A program made the position numbers and the translations under genes. From sequence record PV615262.1: a stretch of 39,611 nucleotides of DNA. One strand, 5' to 3'. This stretch comes from Acinetobacter phage vB_Aba_01KA. Each line of letters begins with the position of its first letter. The stretch's first letter is position 1. Under the pieces are notes generated by a model. That model made no database searches, was not told the DNA's origin, and saw only the letters and a list, made by a program, of their open reading frames with translations. This document shows positions 11,511-20,093 of the stretch, one piece after another.

Positions 11511-11539
11511 TTGACTATAGGTCCAGACTATGGCTTAAT
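11511..11539 (+). promoter_or_regulatory. candidate host sigma70 promoter (A1-like)
   Basis: -35 TTGACT at 11511-11516 in a context resembling T7 A1 (TTGACT...TATAGG); -10 is weak (CTTAAT, 17-nt spacer). Confidence 0.35.
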
Positions 11540-11651
11540 AGCTTCCGTCAACACGACACGGCAACAACCGGATAGTGAAGACGCCGTGTCATCACGGTTA
11601 AGTAGACAGCCTGATAAGTCATACGAACAACAGGCAGATGACAGAAAGTAG

Positions 11652-11681
11652 TTGACAGGCAGTAACGACTTAAAGTAATAT
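11652..11681 (+). promoter_or_regulatory. host sigma70 early promoter (A2/A3-like)
   Basis: -35 TTGACA at 11652-11657, 18-nt spacer, -10 TAATAT at 11676-11681, followed by GTACCACAT as in T7 A3; upstream GGTTAAGTAGACAGCCTGATAAGTC is near-identical to the T7 early promoter region as I recall it. Confidence 0.55.
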
Positions 11682-11800
11682 GTACCACATCAACACGAAA
11701 CAACGGTGATGACCAACACTGAAATGGTCTACCTGAAGTCCTCTGACTGAAGGGAATGCTCTTTAACAATCTGGATAAACTCTTAATGTGCGCCGATAGC

Positions 11801-11857
11801 GATTAACTACAGGGCCTTTTAGTCTACATCTGAAGGCCCTGACTGATAGTCACTAAC
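11801..11857 (+). promoter_or_regulatory. RNA hairpin upstream of the first early gene (RNase III site, R0.3-like)
   Basis: GATTAACTAC-CAGGGCC-loop-GGCCCTG-ACTGATAGTCACTAAC; 7-bp stem; second copy at 12126-12175 has the same flanks and a covarying stem. Confidence 0.5.
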
Positions 11858-11866
11858 TTAACGCGG

Positions 11867-12121
11867 ATGGACACTATGAAACACTTAAGCACAATCACTA
11901 ATCGCAATGAAGTATTCGTGAACACTAAAGGTTATGCGTGGATTCAGCTTAAAGAGATGACAGGAGCGCGTCACCGTGTGGTAGTGCGCAAGGTATCAAG
12001 CAAGCAGTTCAGCAACTACAGCGTAGATACTGTGCGTATAGACAACGAGACATACCTGATAGACTCGCAGATAACCGTGAGTCCTACAGTGGGCGTCTCA
12101 GCTCCTTATTTCGCTAACTGA
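11867..12121 (+). CDS. hypothetical early protein (84 aa; start may be 11876)
   Basis: First ORF after the host promoters and R0.3-like hairpin; no motif I recognise. Confidence 0.5.
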   Translation: MDTMKHLSTITNRNEVFVNTKGYAWIQLKEMTGARHRVVVRKVSSKQFSNYSVDTVRIDNETYLIDSQITVSPTVGVSAPYFAN

Positions 12122-12125
12122 GAGT

Positions 12126-12175
12126 GATTAACTACAGGTCGTTAGCTTATAGCGGCCTGACTGATAGTCACTAAC
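12126..12175 (+). promoter_or_regulatory. second copy of the early-region RNA hairpin (RNase III-like)
   Basis: GATTAACTACAGGTCG-loop-CGGCCTGACTGATAGTCACTAAC; stem CAGGUCG/CGGCCUG including a G-U pair. Confidence 0.5.
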
Positions 12176-12193
12176 AACTGAGAGGATATAACT

Positions 12194-12691
12194 ATGGAAC
12201 GTAACGCTAACGCATACTATGAGCTGCTGGCTGCAACCGTTGAGGCATTTATCGAGCGTATTCAGTACGACCACCTGACTAAAGATGATGACTACAGCGA
12301 TGCGCTGCATGAGGTCGTAGACAGTCAGGTCCCGCTCTATTACCACGAGATTTTCACGGTGATGGCTGCTGATGGTATAGACCACGAGTTCGAAGACTCT
12401 GGGCTGATGCCTGAAACCAAAGACGTAACGCGTATCCTACAAGCTCGCATCTATGAGGCACTTTATAACGACGTGTCTAATAGCTTGGATGTAGTCTGGT
12501 TTGAGGATGAAGAGGCAGACGAAGAGGATGAATATTGGGTAGTTGACGCTAAAACAGGCGAACTAATTGTGCAATCTGTAGCTCTTGAGGTCGCTACTGC
12601 ATGTGCCGAGGTCAGCTATGCGGCAGGTCGCCACCTGAAGGTGGAAGACATCAATGATAACGTAGTGTTCGACCCTGAGGACTGCGAGTGA
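12194..12691 (+). CDS. ocr: Ocr-like DNA-mimic anti-restriction protein (T7 gp0.3 homolog) with a ~50-aa C-terminal extension
   Basis: [43 protein letters not shown] aligns with T7 Ocr ([43 protein letters not shown]); acidic run [11 protein letters not shown]; 165 aa versus 117 aa in T7. Confidence 0.8.
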   Translation: MERNANAYYELLAATVEAFIERIQYDHLTKDDDYSDALHEVVDSQVPLYYHEIFTVMAADGIDHEFEDSGLMPETKDVTRILQARIYEALYNDVSNSLDVVWFEDEEADEEDEYWVVDAKTGELIVQSVALEVATACAEVSYAAGRHLKVEDINDNVVFDPEDCE

Positions 12692-12852
12692 TGATAACTT
12701 ACGGTCTCTGCCAGCACCACGTCACCATCGCCCGGATTATGGTCAAGACCGGGCGGTTAACCCATGATGAGACTATGCGTCTCCTGAAAGCGGTCTACGA
12801 GGGCCGCAAGTGCATTCACGATAGTCTACACGCTGAGGATAAACCACAATGA
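12691..12852 (+). CDS. small early protein, possible T7 gp0.4 (FtsZ inhibitor) homolog
   Basis: 53 aa; ATG overlaps the ocr stop (ATGA); ...YGL...LKAVYEGRKCI resembles T7 gp0.4 (...YGL...LKELYENNKAI) as I recall it. Confidence 0.4.
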   Translation: MITYGLCQHHVTIARIMVKTGRLTHDETMRLLKAVYEGRKCIHDSLHAEDKPQ

Positions 12853-12998
12853 AACGATACGCTATACAAATTCCGGGATGGTGTTACACAATGACTTGCT
12901 ACGGATACAACGAGAGAGACGCAAGATCCCGATTCCGTGCCCAGCAAGGTTTCGGTAAACGTCTACCAAATGGTACGGCTATCTGGGAGATTGACTAA
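12849..12998 (+). CDS. hypothetical small early protein (49 aa)
   Basis: ATG overlaps the previous stop (ATGA); MKRYAIQIPGWCYTMTCYGYNERDARSRF...; below the track cutoff. Confidence 0.35.
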   Translation: MKRYAIQIPGWCYTMTCYGYNERDARSRFRAQQGFGKRLPNGTAIWEID

Positions 12999-12999
12999 C

Positions 13000-13125
13000 A
13001 TGTACCAGATAACTTATAGCAGTGAACAGGCGTTCTACGATGGGTGCTACGAGATGATGAAGCGCGGTGCTTGCTACGTGGCTAATCACCATAGCCTGAC
13101 CATAACGCTGACAGGCGGGTACTGA
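13000..13125 (+). CDS. hypothetical small early protein (41 aa from ATG 13000)
   Basis: In frame with track ORF 12937-13125, but the start at 13000 follows GGGAGA and avoids overlap with the preceding ORF. Confidence 0.35.
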   Translation: MYQITYSSEQAFYDGCYEMMKRGACYVANHHSLTITLTGGY

Positions 13126-13281
13126 GTGATAGACGAGAGGTCATCGACTGATAGGTGGCCTCAAAGATTACCACTTAAATTGATAGAGGTTAACTATGAG
13201 TGTTGGACATTGGGTATGCTTATCTCCGGTCATCTTTCTGATAGCTTGGGGGATATACGACTGTATTAAACGGAAATCACT

Positions 13282-13479
13282 ATGAGTCTTGCACTATTGA
13301 TAGCCATAGGCTATGGACTTATCGCCTACGTGCTGGTGAGAGACATCAACAAAGCGCGTAAAGTCTACAAATTCAACTATGTATGTCTGGGCCGCTGGAC
13401 TGTACGTCAACCTAATGGACGATTCATGCGCAACTTAGCGAACGTCTGGGATATAGCAACTATTGGTAGCAAACTGTAA
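13282..13479 (+). CDS. hypothetical early protein with N-terminal transmembrane segment (65 aa)
   Basis: MSLALLIAIGYGLIAYVLV hydrophobic N-terminus; 3' end lies in direct-repeat copy 1. Confidence 0.5.
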   Translation: MSLALLIAIGYGLIAYVLVRDINKARKVYKFNYVCLGRWTVRQPNGRFMRNLANVWDIATIGSKL

Positions 13480-13483
13480 TGAA
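13434..13483 (+). repeat. direct repeat copy 1 (~50 bp, about 46/50 identical to 13722-13771)
   Basis: CTTAGCGAACGTCTGGGATATAGCAACTATTGGTAGCAAACTGTAATGAA; covers the last 14 codons and stop of the 13282-13479 ORF and the ATG of the next ORF. Confidence 0.8.
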
Positions 13484-13700
13484 CATAATTAAGGCAGCCG
13501 CGAAGTCTATTAGCGCCATGTTCCCACCACGGCAAGAGGTATGTACAGACCACAAGTTCGTACTATCCTGCGTTGTCGGCGACGAGTTTGACGGTTTTGA
13601 TAAGCTCGTTGTATGTGATTATTGTGGTCAAGAAGCTATACAGCACTCAAACGGTAAATTCGAACTAATTAACGAGGAAGGGGAAGGCGATGGTGAATAA
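13479..13700 (+). CDS. hypothetical small Cys-rich (zinc-ribbon-like) early protein, 73 aa
   Basis: Two Cys pairs (C..HKFVLSC and CDYC) and acidic C-terminus EEGEGDGE; gene is bracketed by the ~50-bp direct repeats. Confidence 0.5.
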   Translation: MNIIKAAAKSISAMFPPRQEVCTDHKFVLSCVVGDEFDGFDKLVVCDYCGQEAIQHSNGKFELINEEGEGDGE

Positions 13701-13721
13701 CAAAAACAACGTATTTGAATA

Positions 13722-13771
13722 CTTGGCGAACGTCTGGGATATAGCAACACTTGGGAGCAAACTGTAATGAA
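13722..13771 (+). repeat. direct repeat copy 2
   Basis: CTTGGCGAACGTCTGGGATATAGCAACACTTGGGAGCAAACTGTAATGAA; here non-coding but still encodes the relic peptide LANVWDIATLGSKL-stop followed by the ATG of ORF 13767. Confidence 0.8.
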
Positions 13772-14027
13772 AACCGTATACATTAACAAACCATCTATCC
13801 GTAGCCGTGTAGAGCAAATACAGCGTGACGAGTTCTTACATCGCCGCATGAAGGCTGAGGGCCATGAGTCCGAACTGATGTGTCTGGCGTATGGTGGACG
13901 ACCGATCACTGACGATGGTAAACTTCTAGTCTCAGGCTGGAAGGCGATGGACCAACGGTCAACCATCAAGCACACGACCAATGGTGACTTCAGCCATCTC
14001 CACGCTAACCAACTGATATGCAAGTGA
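13767..14027 (+). CDS. hypothetical early protein (86 aa)
   Basis: ORF starting at the ATG in repeat copy 2; no recognisable motif. Confidence 0.45.
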   Translation: MKTVYINKPSIRSRVEQIQRDEFLHRRMKAEGHESELMCLAYGGRPITDDGKLLVSGWKAMDQRSTIKHTTNGDFSHLHANQLICK

Positions 14028-14033
14028 TTATGA

Positions 14034-14056
14034 CTTAACTATCACTATAGGACTAA
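14034..14056 (+). promoter_or_regulatory. phage RNA polymerase promoter immediately upstream of the RNA polymerase gene
   Basis: CTTAACTATCACTATAGGACTAA, full consensus; +1 G about 14050, 75 nt upstream of the gene 1 ATG; leader contains a direct repeat AAGTGAAAGAC at 14071-14081 and 14095-14105. Confidence 0.7.
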
Positions 14057-14124
14057 AGGTCTAAGACTACAAGTGAAAGACCAAAGAGACTCTAAGTGAA
14101 AGACTAATAACAAGGACTTTAAGT

Positions 14125-16804
14125 ATGAGCGTCATCTCTATTGACAAACACGACTTCTCTGATGTGTCGAACGCCATTGAGCCGTTTAACCTGCTGGCTG
14201 ACCACTACGGGCAAGACCTTGCAGTCAAACAGCTTCAGCTTGAGCATGAGGCATACACTGAAGGCGAGCGACGTTTCATCAAAAACCTTGAGCGCCAGAC
14301 TGAGCGCGGGGAACTGGCAGACAATCAGGTCGCCAAGCCTTTGATGCAGACTCTGGTTCCTAAGATTGCGCAAGCCGTCAGGGAGTGGCATGAAGGTCCA
14401 GACGGGAAGCTGTCAACCTCTCGTCCTAGCGTAGCGTTCACCATGTTAAGCACCGAAGAGAAGGCCGTCAAGGACCGCTCTCTGCGTATCTCTTGCGAGT
14501 CTGCTGCGGTCATCATACTGAAGGTCATACTCTCCAAGCTGGTAAAGCCTGAAGGGATACCGATTACACCGATGGCCTCCGCGATAGGTCGCACACTTGA
14601 GGACGAAATCCGCTTCGGTCGCATCCGTGACAAGGAGAAGGAGCACTTCAAGAAGGCGATAGCTGAGAACTTGAACAAGCGAGCTGGGGCATCCTACAAG
14701 AAAGCCTACATGCAAGCGGTCGAGACATCCATGCTGGAGCAAGGCCAACTGGAAGATGCGTGGGGACTTGGAGTCCTACAGAGGCTGTCCACGTGGGCAT
14801 CAAGATGCTGGAGATTGTCATCCAGTCAACACAACTGGTCGAGCTTAAGCGGTACGGTGCTGGCAATGCAGCGGCTGACGTAGAGATGGTCCACCTGTCA
14901 GACTTCTGGGTCAAGAAGATGGCACAACGAGGATTCAGCCTTGCGGGTATCGCTCCAGTCTACCAGCCTTGCGTCGTTCCACCTAAGCAGTGGACTGGTG
15001 TCGTAGGTGGTGGGTACTGGGCCAAAGGTCGCAGACCGTTACCATTGATTCGCTTAGGGTCTAAATCAGCGGTGGCACGTTATGAAGACGTATACATGCC
15101 TGAAGTCTATGAAGCTGTGAATATCATCCAGAATACACCTTGGAAAGTGAACAAGAAGGTACTGGACGTGGTGAACATGGTCGAGAAGCTGAACAACACG
15201 CCTATTGATGACATCCCTCAGATGGAGCCACTGAAGCCTGAAGACTATGCGGGTGAGACCGAGGAGGAACTAAAGGCATGGAAGAAGCTGCTGCTGGTAT
15301 CTATCGCCGCGAGAAGGCCAGACAGTCACGCAGATTATCACTGAGCTTTATCGTCAACCAAGCGAATAAGTTCTCTCAGTTCAAGGCCATCTGGTTTCCA
15401 TACAACATGGACTGGCGCGGTCGAGTCTACGCTGTGCCGATGTTCAACCCACAGGGTAACGACATGCAGAAGGGTCTCCTGACTCTGGCAGTCGGTAAGC
15501 CTATTGGTGCTGACGGTTTCAAATGGCTGAAGGTCCATGGAGCAAACTGCGCGGGTGTCGATAAAGTCACCTTTGATGAGCGCATCAAGTGGGTGGAAGA
15601 CAACCACGACAACATTATGGCTGCTGCTAAGGCACCGATGGATAGCATTGAGTGGTGGGGCAAGTTCAGACTCTCCGTTCTGCTTCCTTGCGTTCTGCTT
15701 CGAGTATGCTGGTGTAATGCACCACGGATTGTCTTACTCCTGCTCACTGCCGATAGCGTTCGATGGGTCATGCTCAGGGATTCAGCACTTTAGCGCGATG
15801 CTTCGTGATCACGTCGGTGGACATGCAGTAAACCTAACGCCTTCCGGTAAGGTCCAAGACATCTACCGAATCGTTTCCGACCGCATTGAGGAAGAGCTTA
15901 AAGTCCTGCTGGTTAACGGCACGGACAACGAGATGGTAACTCACGAGGACAAGAAACTGGTGAGATTACCGAACGCCTCAAGCTGGGGACACGAGAGCTG
16001 GCCCGGCAGTGGCTGACTTACGGTATGTCACGCAAGGTCACTAAGCGTTCAGTAATGACTCTGGCCTATGGGTCGAAAGAGTACGGCTTCGCAGACCAAG
16101 TTTATGAGGACATCGTGATGCCAGCGATTGACTCAGGGTCTGGCGCTATGTTCACCGAGCCAAGCCAAGCGTCTCGCTTCATGGCTAAGATGATTTGGGA
16201 AGCTGTGAGCGTGACCGTAGTTGCTGCGGTTGACGCGATGAAGTGGCTTCAGGGTGCTGCCAAGCTGCTGGCTGCTGAAGTGAAGGACAAGAAGACTGGA
16301 GAAATCCTGAAGCCTTGCCTTCCGGTACACTGGGTAACACCTGATGGTTTCCCGGTATGGCAGGAATACCGCAAGAAGGATACCACTCGTCTGAACCTGA
16401 TGTTCTTAGGGTCATTCAACCTTCAGCCTACGGTCAACAAAGGCATGAAGAAAGAGCTGGACAAGCACAAGCAGGAGTCAGGCATTAGCCCGAACTTCGT
16501 CCACTCACAAGATGGTAGCCACCTACGCAAGACTGTAGTACACACGCATCGCAAGTATGGCGTGATGTCATTCGCAGTGATTCACGATAGCTTCGGGACC
16601 ATCCCTGCTGACGCTGAGTATCTGTTCCGTGGCGTCCGTGAGACGATGGTCGAGACCTACCGCGACAACGATGTGCTGCTTGACTTCTACGAGCAGTTCG
16701 AATGCCAGCTTCACGAGAGTCAGCGCGACAAGTTGCCTGAGCTTCCGAAGAAAGGTAAACTGAATATCGAAGACATCTTGTCTTCAGACTTTGCATTCGC
16801 TTAA
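14125..16804 (+). CDS. T7-type single-subunit DNA-directed RNA polymerase (gene 1), interrupted by about four single-base indels
   Basis: Five colinear pieces (14125-14883, 14760-15344, 15278-15793, 15537-16016, 16025-16804) match T7 RNAP throughout (FNLLADHYG, ARFGRIRD, PCVVPPK, AIWFPYNMDWRGRVYAV, DGSCSGIQHFSAM, HDSFGT, ends SDFAFA). Shifts near 14767 (G run), 15287 (A run), 15665 and 15955 (A run). Confidence 0.9.
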
Positions 16805-16819
16805 TAGGAGAAGAAGTAT

Positions 16820-17050
16820 ATGTCAATGAAACTTGTAGCACACAACAAAGCATTCACCGATGGGTCTGGACGTTGCCATGTAGAGCTTACTTATAAGGAT
16901 TTAGTCATTCTCCGAGACAGATTACAAGCGGGTGTGACCGGGTGGATTCAACCTAGCGAGTACAGCCTTATAGCTTCGATTGATGAAGTGCTTAACGCGT
17001 GGATGCAAGACGAGCGTACTCAGTATCCGTCATTCCCTAGAATTAAATAA
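16820..17050 (+). CDS. hypothetical protein (76 aa) between gene 1 and the phi1.1 promoter
   Basis: RBS AGGAGA 7 nt upstream of the ATG; no T7 counterpart that I recognise. Confidence 0.5.
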   Translation: MSMKLVAHNKAFTDGSGRCHVELTYKDLVILRDRLQAGVTGWIQPSEYSLIASIDEVLNAWMQDERTQYPSFPRIK

Positions 17051-17059
17051 GGAGAGGTT

Positions 17060-17275
17060 ATGAAATTTGCACACAAGCAGGCTGGCGTTAATGGCGGGAC
17101 TCAAATCGTGACCGTAACAGAATACAACGGCAAGGGTCTGGTGAAAACCACGGTCATTCCTACAGAAATGTCAAAGCAGCTTAACGTCCCATTCAAGACC
17201 CTCGTCGATCTTGTTGAATCTAGCCACGAGAAATACCTGAAAGACGCAGTGTCCAAGCTGGAGCAGACCAAATGA
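17060..17275 (+). CDS. hypothetical protein (71 aa)
   Basis: RBS AAGGAGAGG; followed by a possible 25-aa hydrophobic ORF (17272-17349). Confidence 0.5.
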   Translation: MKFAHKQAGVNGGTQIVTVTEYNGKGLVKTTVIPTEMSKQLNVPFKTLVDLVESSHEKYLKDAVSKLEQTK

Positions 17276-17350
17276 CAGACTTACAGTTACTGGCCTTGTG
17301 GCTAGGAGCACTCGCAGTATTCACTTTAATCCAACGCAGAAGTGGTTAAC

Positions 17351-17373
17351 CCTAAACTATCACTATAGGATTA
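17351..17373 (+). promoter_or_regulatory. phage RNA polymerase promoter (phi1.1-equivalent)
   Basis: CCTAAACTATCACTATAGGATTA, consensus match. Confidence 0.8.
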
Positions 17374-17425
17374 GACTCAAGGTCATGACTAAAAGTCGTG
17401 GCCTTCATGATTAACCCTAACTAAT
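17371..17425 (+). promoter_or_regulatory. conserved RNA hairpin, probable RNase III site (R1.1-like)
   Basis: TTAGACTCAAGGTCATGAC-TAAAA-GTCGTGGCCTTCATGATTAA; stem with two G-U wobbles at the same positions as the 8116 and 24121 copies. Confidence 0.5.
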
Positions 17426-17443
17426 TCAATCAGGAGCTACACC

Positions 17444-17623
17444 ATGTATCAGAACACTATCAACTTCGAGCGCATCCGTGAACGTCAGCAGACTGAAGAT
17501 TACATTCCGAAGGGCCGCAAGCTGAACAAGACTAAGCGGGGCGGAGGTGTCAAAGGCGCTTTCCGTAACGCTGAAGGCAAAGACTCTCTGGTTAACCAAG
17601 AGAAGTATTTCGTAGGAGCATAA
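17444..17623 (+). CDS. gp1.1 homolog (59 aa)
   Basis: KGRKLNKTKR motif as in T7 gp1.1; strong RBS AGGAGC context; below the track cutoff. Confidence 0.55.
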   Translation: MYQNTINFERIRERQQTEDYIPKGRKLNKTKRGGGVKGAFRNAEGKDSLVNQEKYFVGA

Positions 17624-17627
17624 CAAA

Positions 17628-17891
17628 ATGGGCCGACTTTATAGTGGCAACCTAAACGCTTTCAAAGCAGCGTGTAACAGGCTCTATCAGTTAGACTTCG
17701 CTGTAATATCTCAGGAGTTTCAAGACCTTGCGTCACGCCAAGAGTGTATGAGACTCATGGTGGAGGACCGAGCTGGTAACATCTTCGCGCTTGAGACCTT
17801 CGCACACTACGATGAAGACGTGCTGTATAATACCGCAACCGACTACCTCAACGGTCTCGCTGACCATCTCGACACATGGAGCAAAGAATAA
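17628..17891 (+). CDS. gp1.2 homolog (host dGTPase inhibitor)
   Basis: MGRLYSGNLNAFKAA...EDRAGN...HYDEDVLYN is closely colinear with T7 gp1.2 as I recall it. Confidence 0.7.
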   Translation: MGRLYSGNLNAFKAACNRLYQLDFAVISQEFQDLASRQECMRLMVEDRAGNIFALETFAHYDEDVLYNTATDYLNGLADHLDTWSKE

Positions 17892-18972
17892 TGACAACTA
17901 TCAAAACTAACCCTCACCGCGCTGTAGATTACTCTGAGTCTGGAATTAAGAAGGCACTGGAAGCAGCCGGGTCTCTGGAAGCTGAAGTGAAGTACGATGG
18001 TGTGCGCCTGAACCTCCTGGTCCTGCGTGAAGGTGAGACCTACTGGCTTAGCCGCGAGTCGAAACCTCTACCAGCCTTGGAGTGGATGAACTCTGAGTTA
18101 GGTAATGCGTGGACCCAAGCTGACTGGCGATGGTTCCTGCGTCAATCCGGCTACGAAGGTGTGGGCATGATGATTGATGGCGAGGTCATGGTCAAAGGTG
18201 TAGACTTCAACACCTCCTCAGGTCTCATCCGAACGAAGTGGCTCAAGCCTAACAACGAGGAGTTCGCTGAATACTATTCGCCGGCGACTGGTGGAAAGAA
18301 GCTCCCGTTCTGGGGATCCCGGTCACGACTTCGGGTTGTGGTATACGGTGTCATCGACATGACAACCATTGCTGACCCGAAAGCCGAAGGTCCTATCCAT
18401 AGCGTCACACGCCTGAAGGCCGAAGCTATCGTCCCTCTCCTCCAGAAATACTTCCCGGAAATCGACTGGGTTCTGTCTGAGTCACACACGGTCTATGACC
18501 TTGAGTCGCTCAACTCCCTGTACGAAGAGAAGCGTCTGGAAGGACACGAGGGTCTGGTAGTCAAGGACCCGCTGGGTAAGTGGAAGCGTGGCAAGAAGTC
18601 AGGCATGTGGAAAATGAAGCCTGAGGATACCATCGACGGGACCGTGTGTGGACTCGTGTGGGGACTCCGGGTAAGGCTAACGAAGGTAAGATCATCGGCT
18701 TTGAGGTTCTACTGGAAGATGGCATGGTGGTTAACGCCTGCGGTCTGACTGAAGCTCAGAAGGACGAATTCACAGCTAAAGTCGCTGAATCTAGTGGCTA
18801 TACCTTGGCTGGTGGCCCTGTGGTTATTCAGGATGGGACCGAGAAGACCAACCCATACGAAGGCTGGCAGTGCGAAGTCCTCTTCATGGAGCGGTTCCAA
18901 GATGGTTCCCTTCGTCACCCTAGCTTCAAGTGCTGGCGAGGGACGGAAGATAACCCTACCATTAAGAGCTAA
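17891..18972 (+). CDS. ATP-dependent DNA ligase (gene 1.3), one apparent frameshift near 18650-18750
   Basis: MTTIKTNPHRAV start, adenylation motif EVKYDGVR, MVKGVDFNTSSGL, EGHEGLVVKDP, KRGKKSGMWKMKPE, then C-terminal piece 18646-18972 (GKIIGFEVLLE...SLRHPSF) in another frame. Confidence 0.85.
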
Positions 18973-18981
18973 CGAAACGTC

Positions 18982-19015
18982 AACCCAGTGGTCTTAGGAC
19001 TGCTGGGTTTCTTTG
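18982..19015 (+). terminator. intrinsic terminator after the ligase gene (TE-like early terminator)
   Basis: ACCCAG-TGGTCTTAGGACTG-CTGGGT stem-loop followed by TTTCTTTGCTTG. Confidence 0.6.
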
Positions 19016-19054
19016 CTTGTTCTAGCAAGCTATCGTCTGGGCCACCAGCTAGAC

Positions 19055-19077
19055 CCTAAGCTATCACTATAGGACAA
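19055..19077 (+). promoter_or_regulatory. phage RNA polymerase promoter
   Basis: CCTAAGCTATCACTATAGGACAA (G at one upstream position, otherwise consensus). Confidence 0.7.
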
Positions 19078-19101
19078 CCACCAACAACCAAAGGAGACTC
19101 T

Positions 19102-19362
19102 ATGTCTAAGAACTTAATGTTCAACCGTTATACCGATACCTTCCACCTGTCTCACAACCCGTTCGCTTGCATTAAGCGCAACGAGAAGCTGGGATACTTC
19201 GGGAAGGCAGTTAAGCTGTCACCTACAGTCTTCGCTCTGATTACTCCCGGCAAAGCTGAAGAGGCTCGCCAGAAGCGTGAGACCGACGTACCTGTGGTAT
19301 ACACCAAGTGGCCTCGCGTTCGTCTGTTTATTGAGTTCGTGAAGGAGGTGATCAATGGTTAA
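19102..19362 (+). CDS. hypothetical protein (86 aa), position of T7 genes 1.4-1.6
   Basis: RBS AAGGAGA; no motif recognised. Confidence 0.45.
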   Translation: MSKNLMFNRYTDTFHLSHNPFACIKRNEKLGYFGKAVKLSPTVFALITPGKAEEARQKRETDVPVVYTKWPRVRLFIEFVKEVING

Positions 19363-19798
19363 GGCGGGGGATACAGTTAACTATGTTGGACCAGTTGGAG
19401 CCCACACGGGACGCTCCTATGGCAAGGTGATAGTGGTTAAGAATGAGCATGTAGCTGTTGTTAAGTGGCCCCGTTTATCTGAACCGCTCACTCACTCCAT
19501 TAGTTCCTTAAGTATTACCAAGCAGGCGCAGTCCGAGCCGACAACCATAGGTCAGGACGATAGCGTCCGTAAGCCGTCTCACTATCAGGTCTTTGACGGC
19601 GTGGAGTCCATTGAGATTATCGCTCGGTCCATGACTGTCAGTGAGTTCCGTGGCTTCTGCATGGGTAACGTCCTTAAGTATCGACTCCGGGCTGGTAAGA
19701 AGTCAGAGCTAGCAACTATGGAGAAGGACCTAAACAAAGCGGCCTTCTATCAGGAGCTGTTCGACCTGCATAAAGGTAAGTGCTATGACTCCAAGTAG
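19355..19798 (+). CDS. gp1.7-like protein (putative nucleotide kinase family), 147 aa
   Basis: KPSHYQVFDGVESIEIIARSMTVSEFRGFCMGNVLKYRLRAGKKSEL resembles the T7 gp1.7 C-terminal region as I recall it; lacks the Cys-rich N-terminal part. Confidence 0.5.
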   Translation: MVKAGDTVNYVGPVGAHTGRSYGKVIVVKNEHVAVVKWPRLSEPLTHSISSLSITKQAQSEPTTIGQDDSVRKPSHYQVFDGVESIEIIARSMTVSEFRGFCMGNVLKYRLRAGKKSELATMEKDLNKAAFYQELFDLHKGKCYDSK

Positions 19799-19876
19799 CT
19801 GGTGCTTTAGACAGTGGGTCTCAACCGGGAATGTGGACTACCTGTCCATGTACCATATGTGGAAGGAGAAAGGGCT

Positions 19877-20035
19877 ATGAGCCTTGAAGAAAAGAAATAC
19901 ATCGTGGAGCTTGAGGGTCGCGTTCAGTCCTTCGAGGTTCCGGTGTACGCAAAGTCTCTTGAAGAGGCTACCCTGAAGTCCCAAGAGTATGAGGACGCTG
20001 GTTTTGTGGTCGGACGGATTCGTCCTGAGACCTAA
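19877..20035 (+). CDS. Gp2, inhibitor of host RNA polymerase (52 aa from ATG 19877)
   Basis: [14 protein letters not shown]...[10 protein letters not shown] matches T7 Gp2 (SFEVPIYAETLDEA...AGFEVTRVRP); RBS GGAAGGAGAAAGGG before ATG 19877; the track ORF 19814 is probably an over-extension. Confidence 0.75.
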   Translation: MSLEEKKYIVELEGRVQSFEVPVYAKSLEEATLKSQEYEDAGFVVGRIRPET

Positions 20036-20053
20036 ACTATCACTGTAGGACAG
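20031..20053 (+). promoter_or_regulatory. phage promoter variant (CACTGTAGG core)
   Basis: CCTAAACTATCACTGTAGGACAG; one core mismatch (A to G); overlaps the gp2 stop. Confidence 0.55.
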
Positions 20054-20093
20054 ACGTCCAGTTCGTAACTTTTAAATTAGGAGATTTACACCG

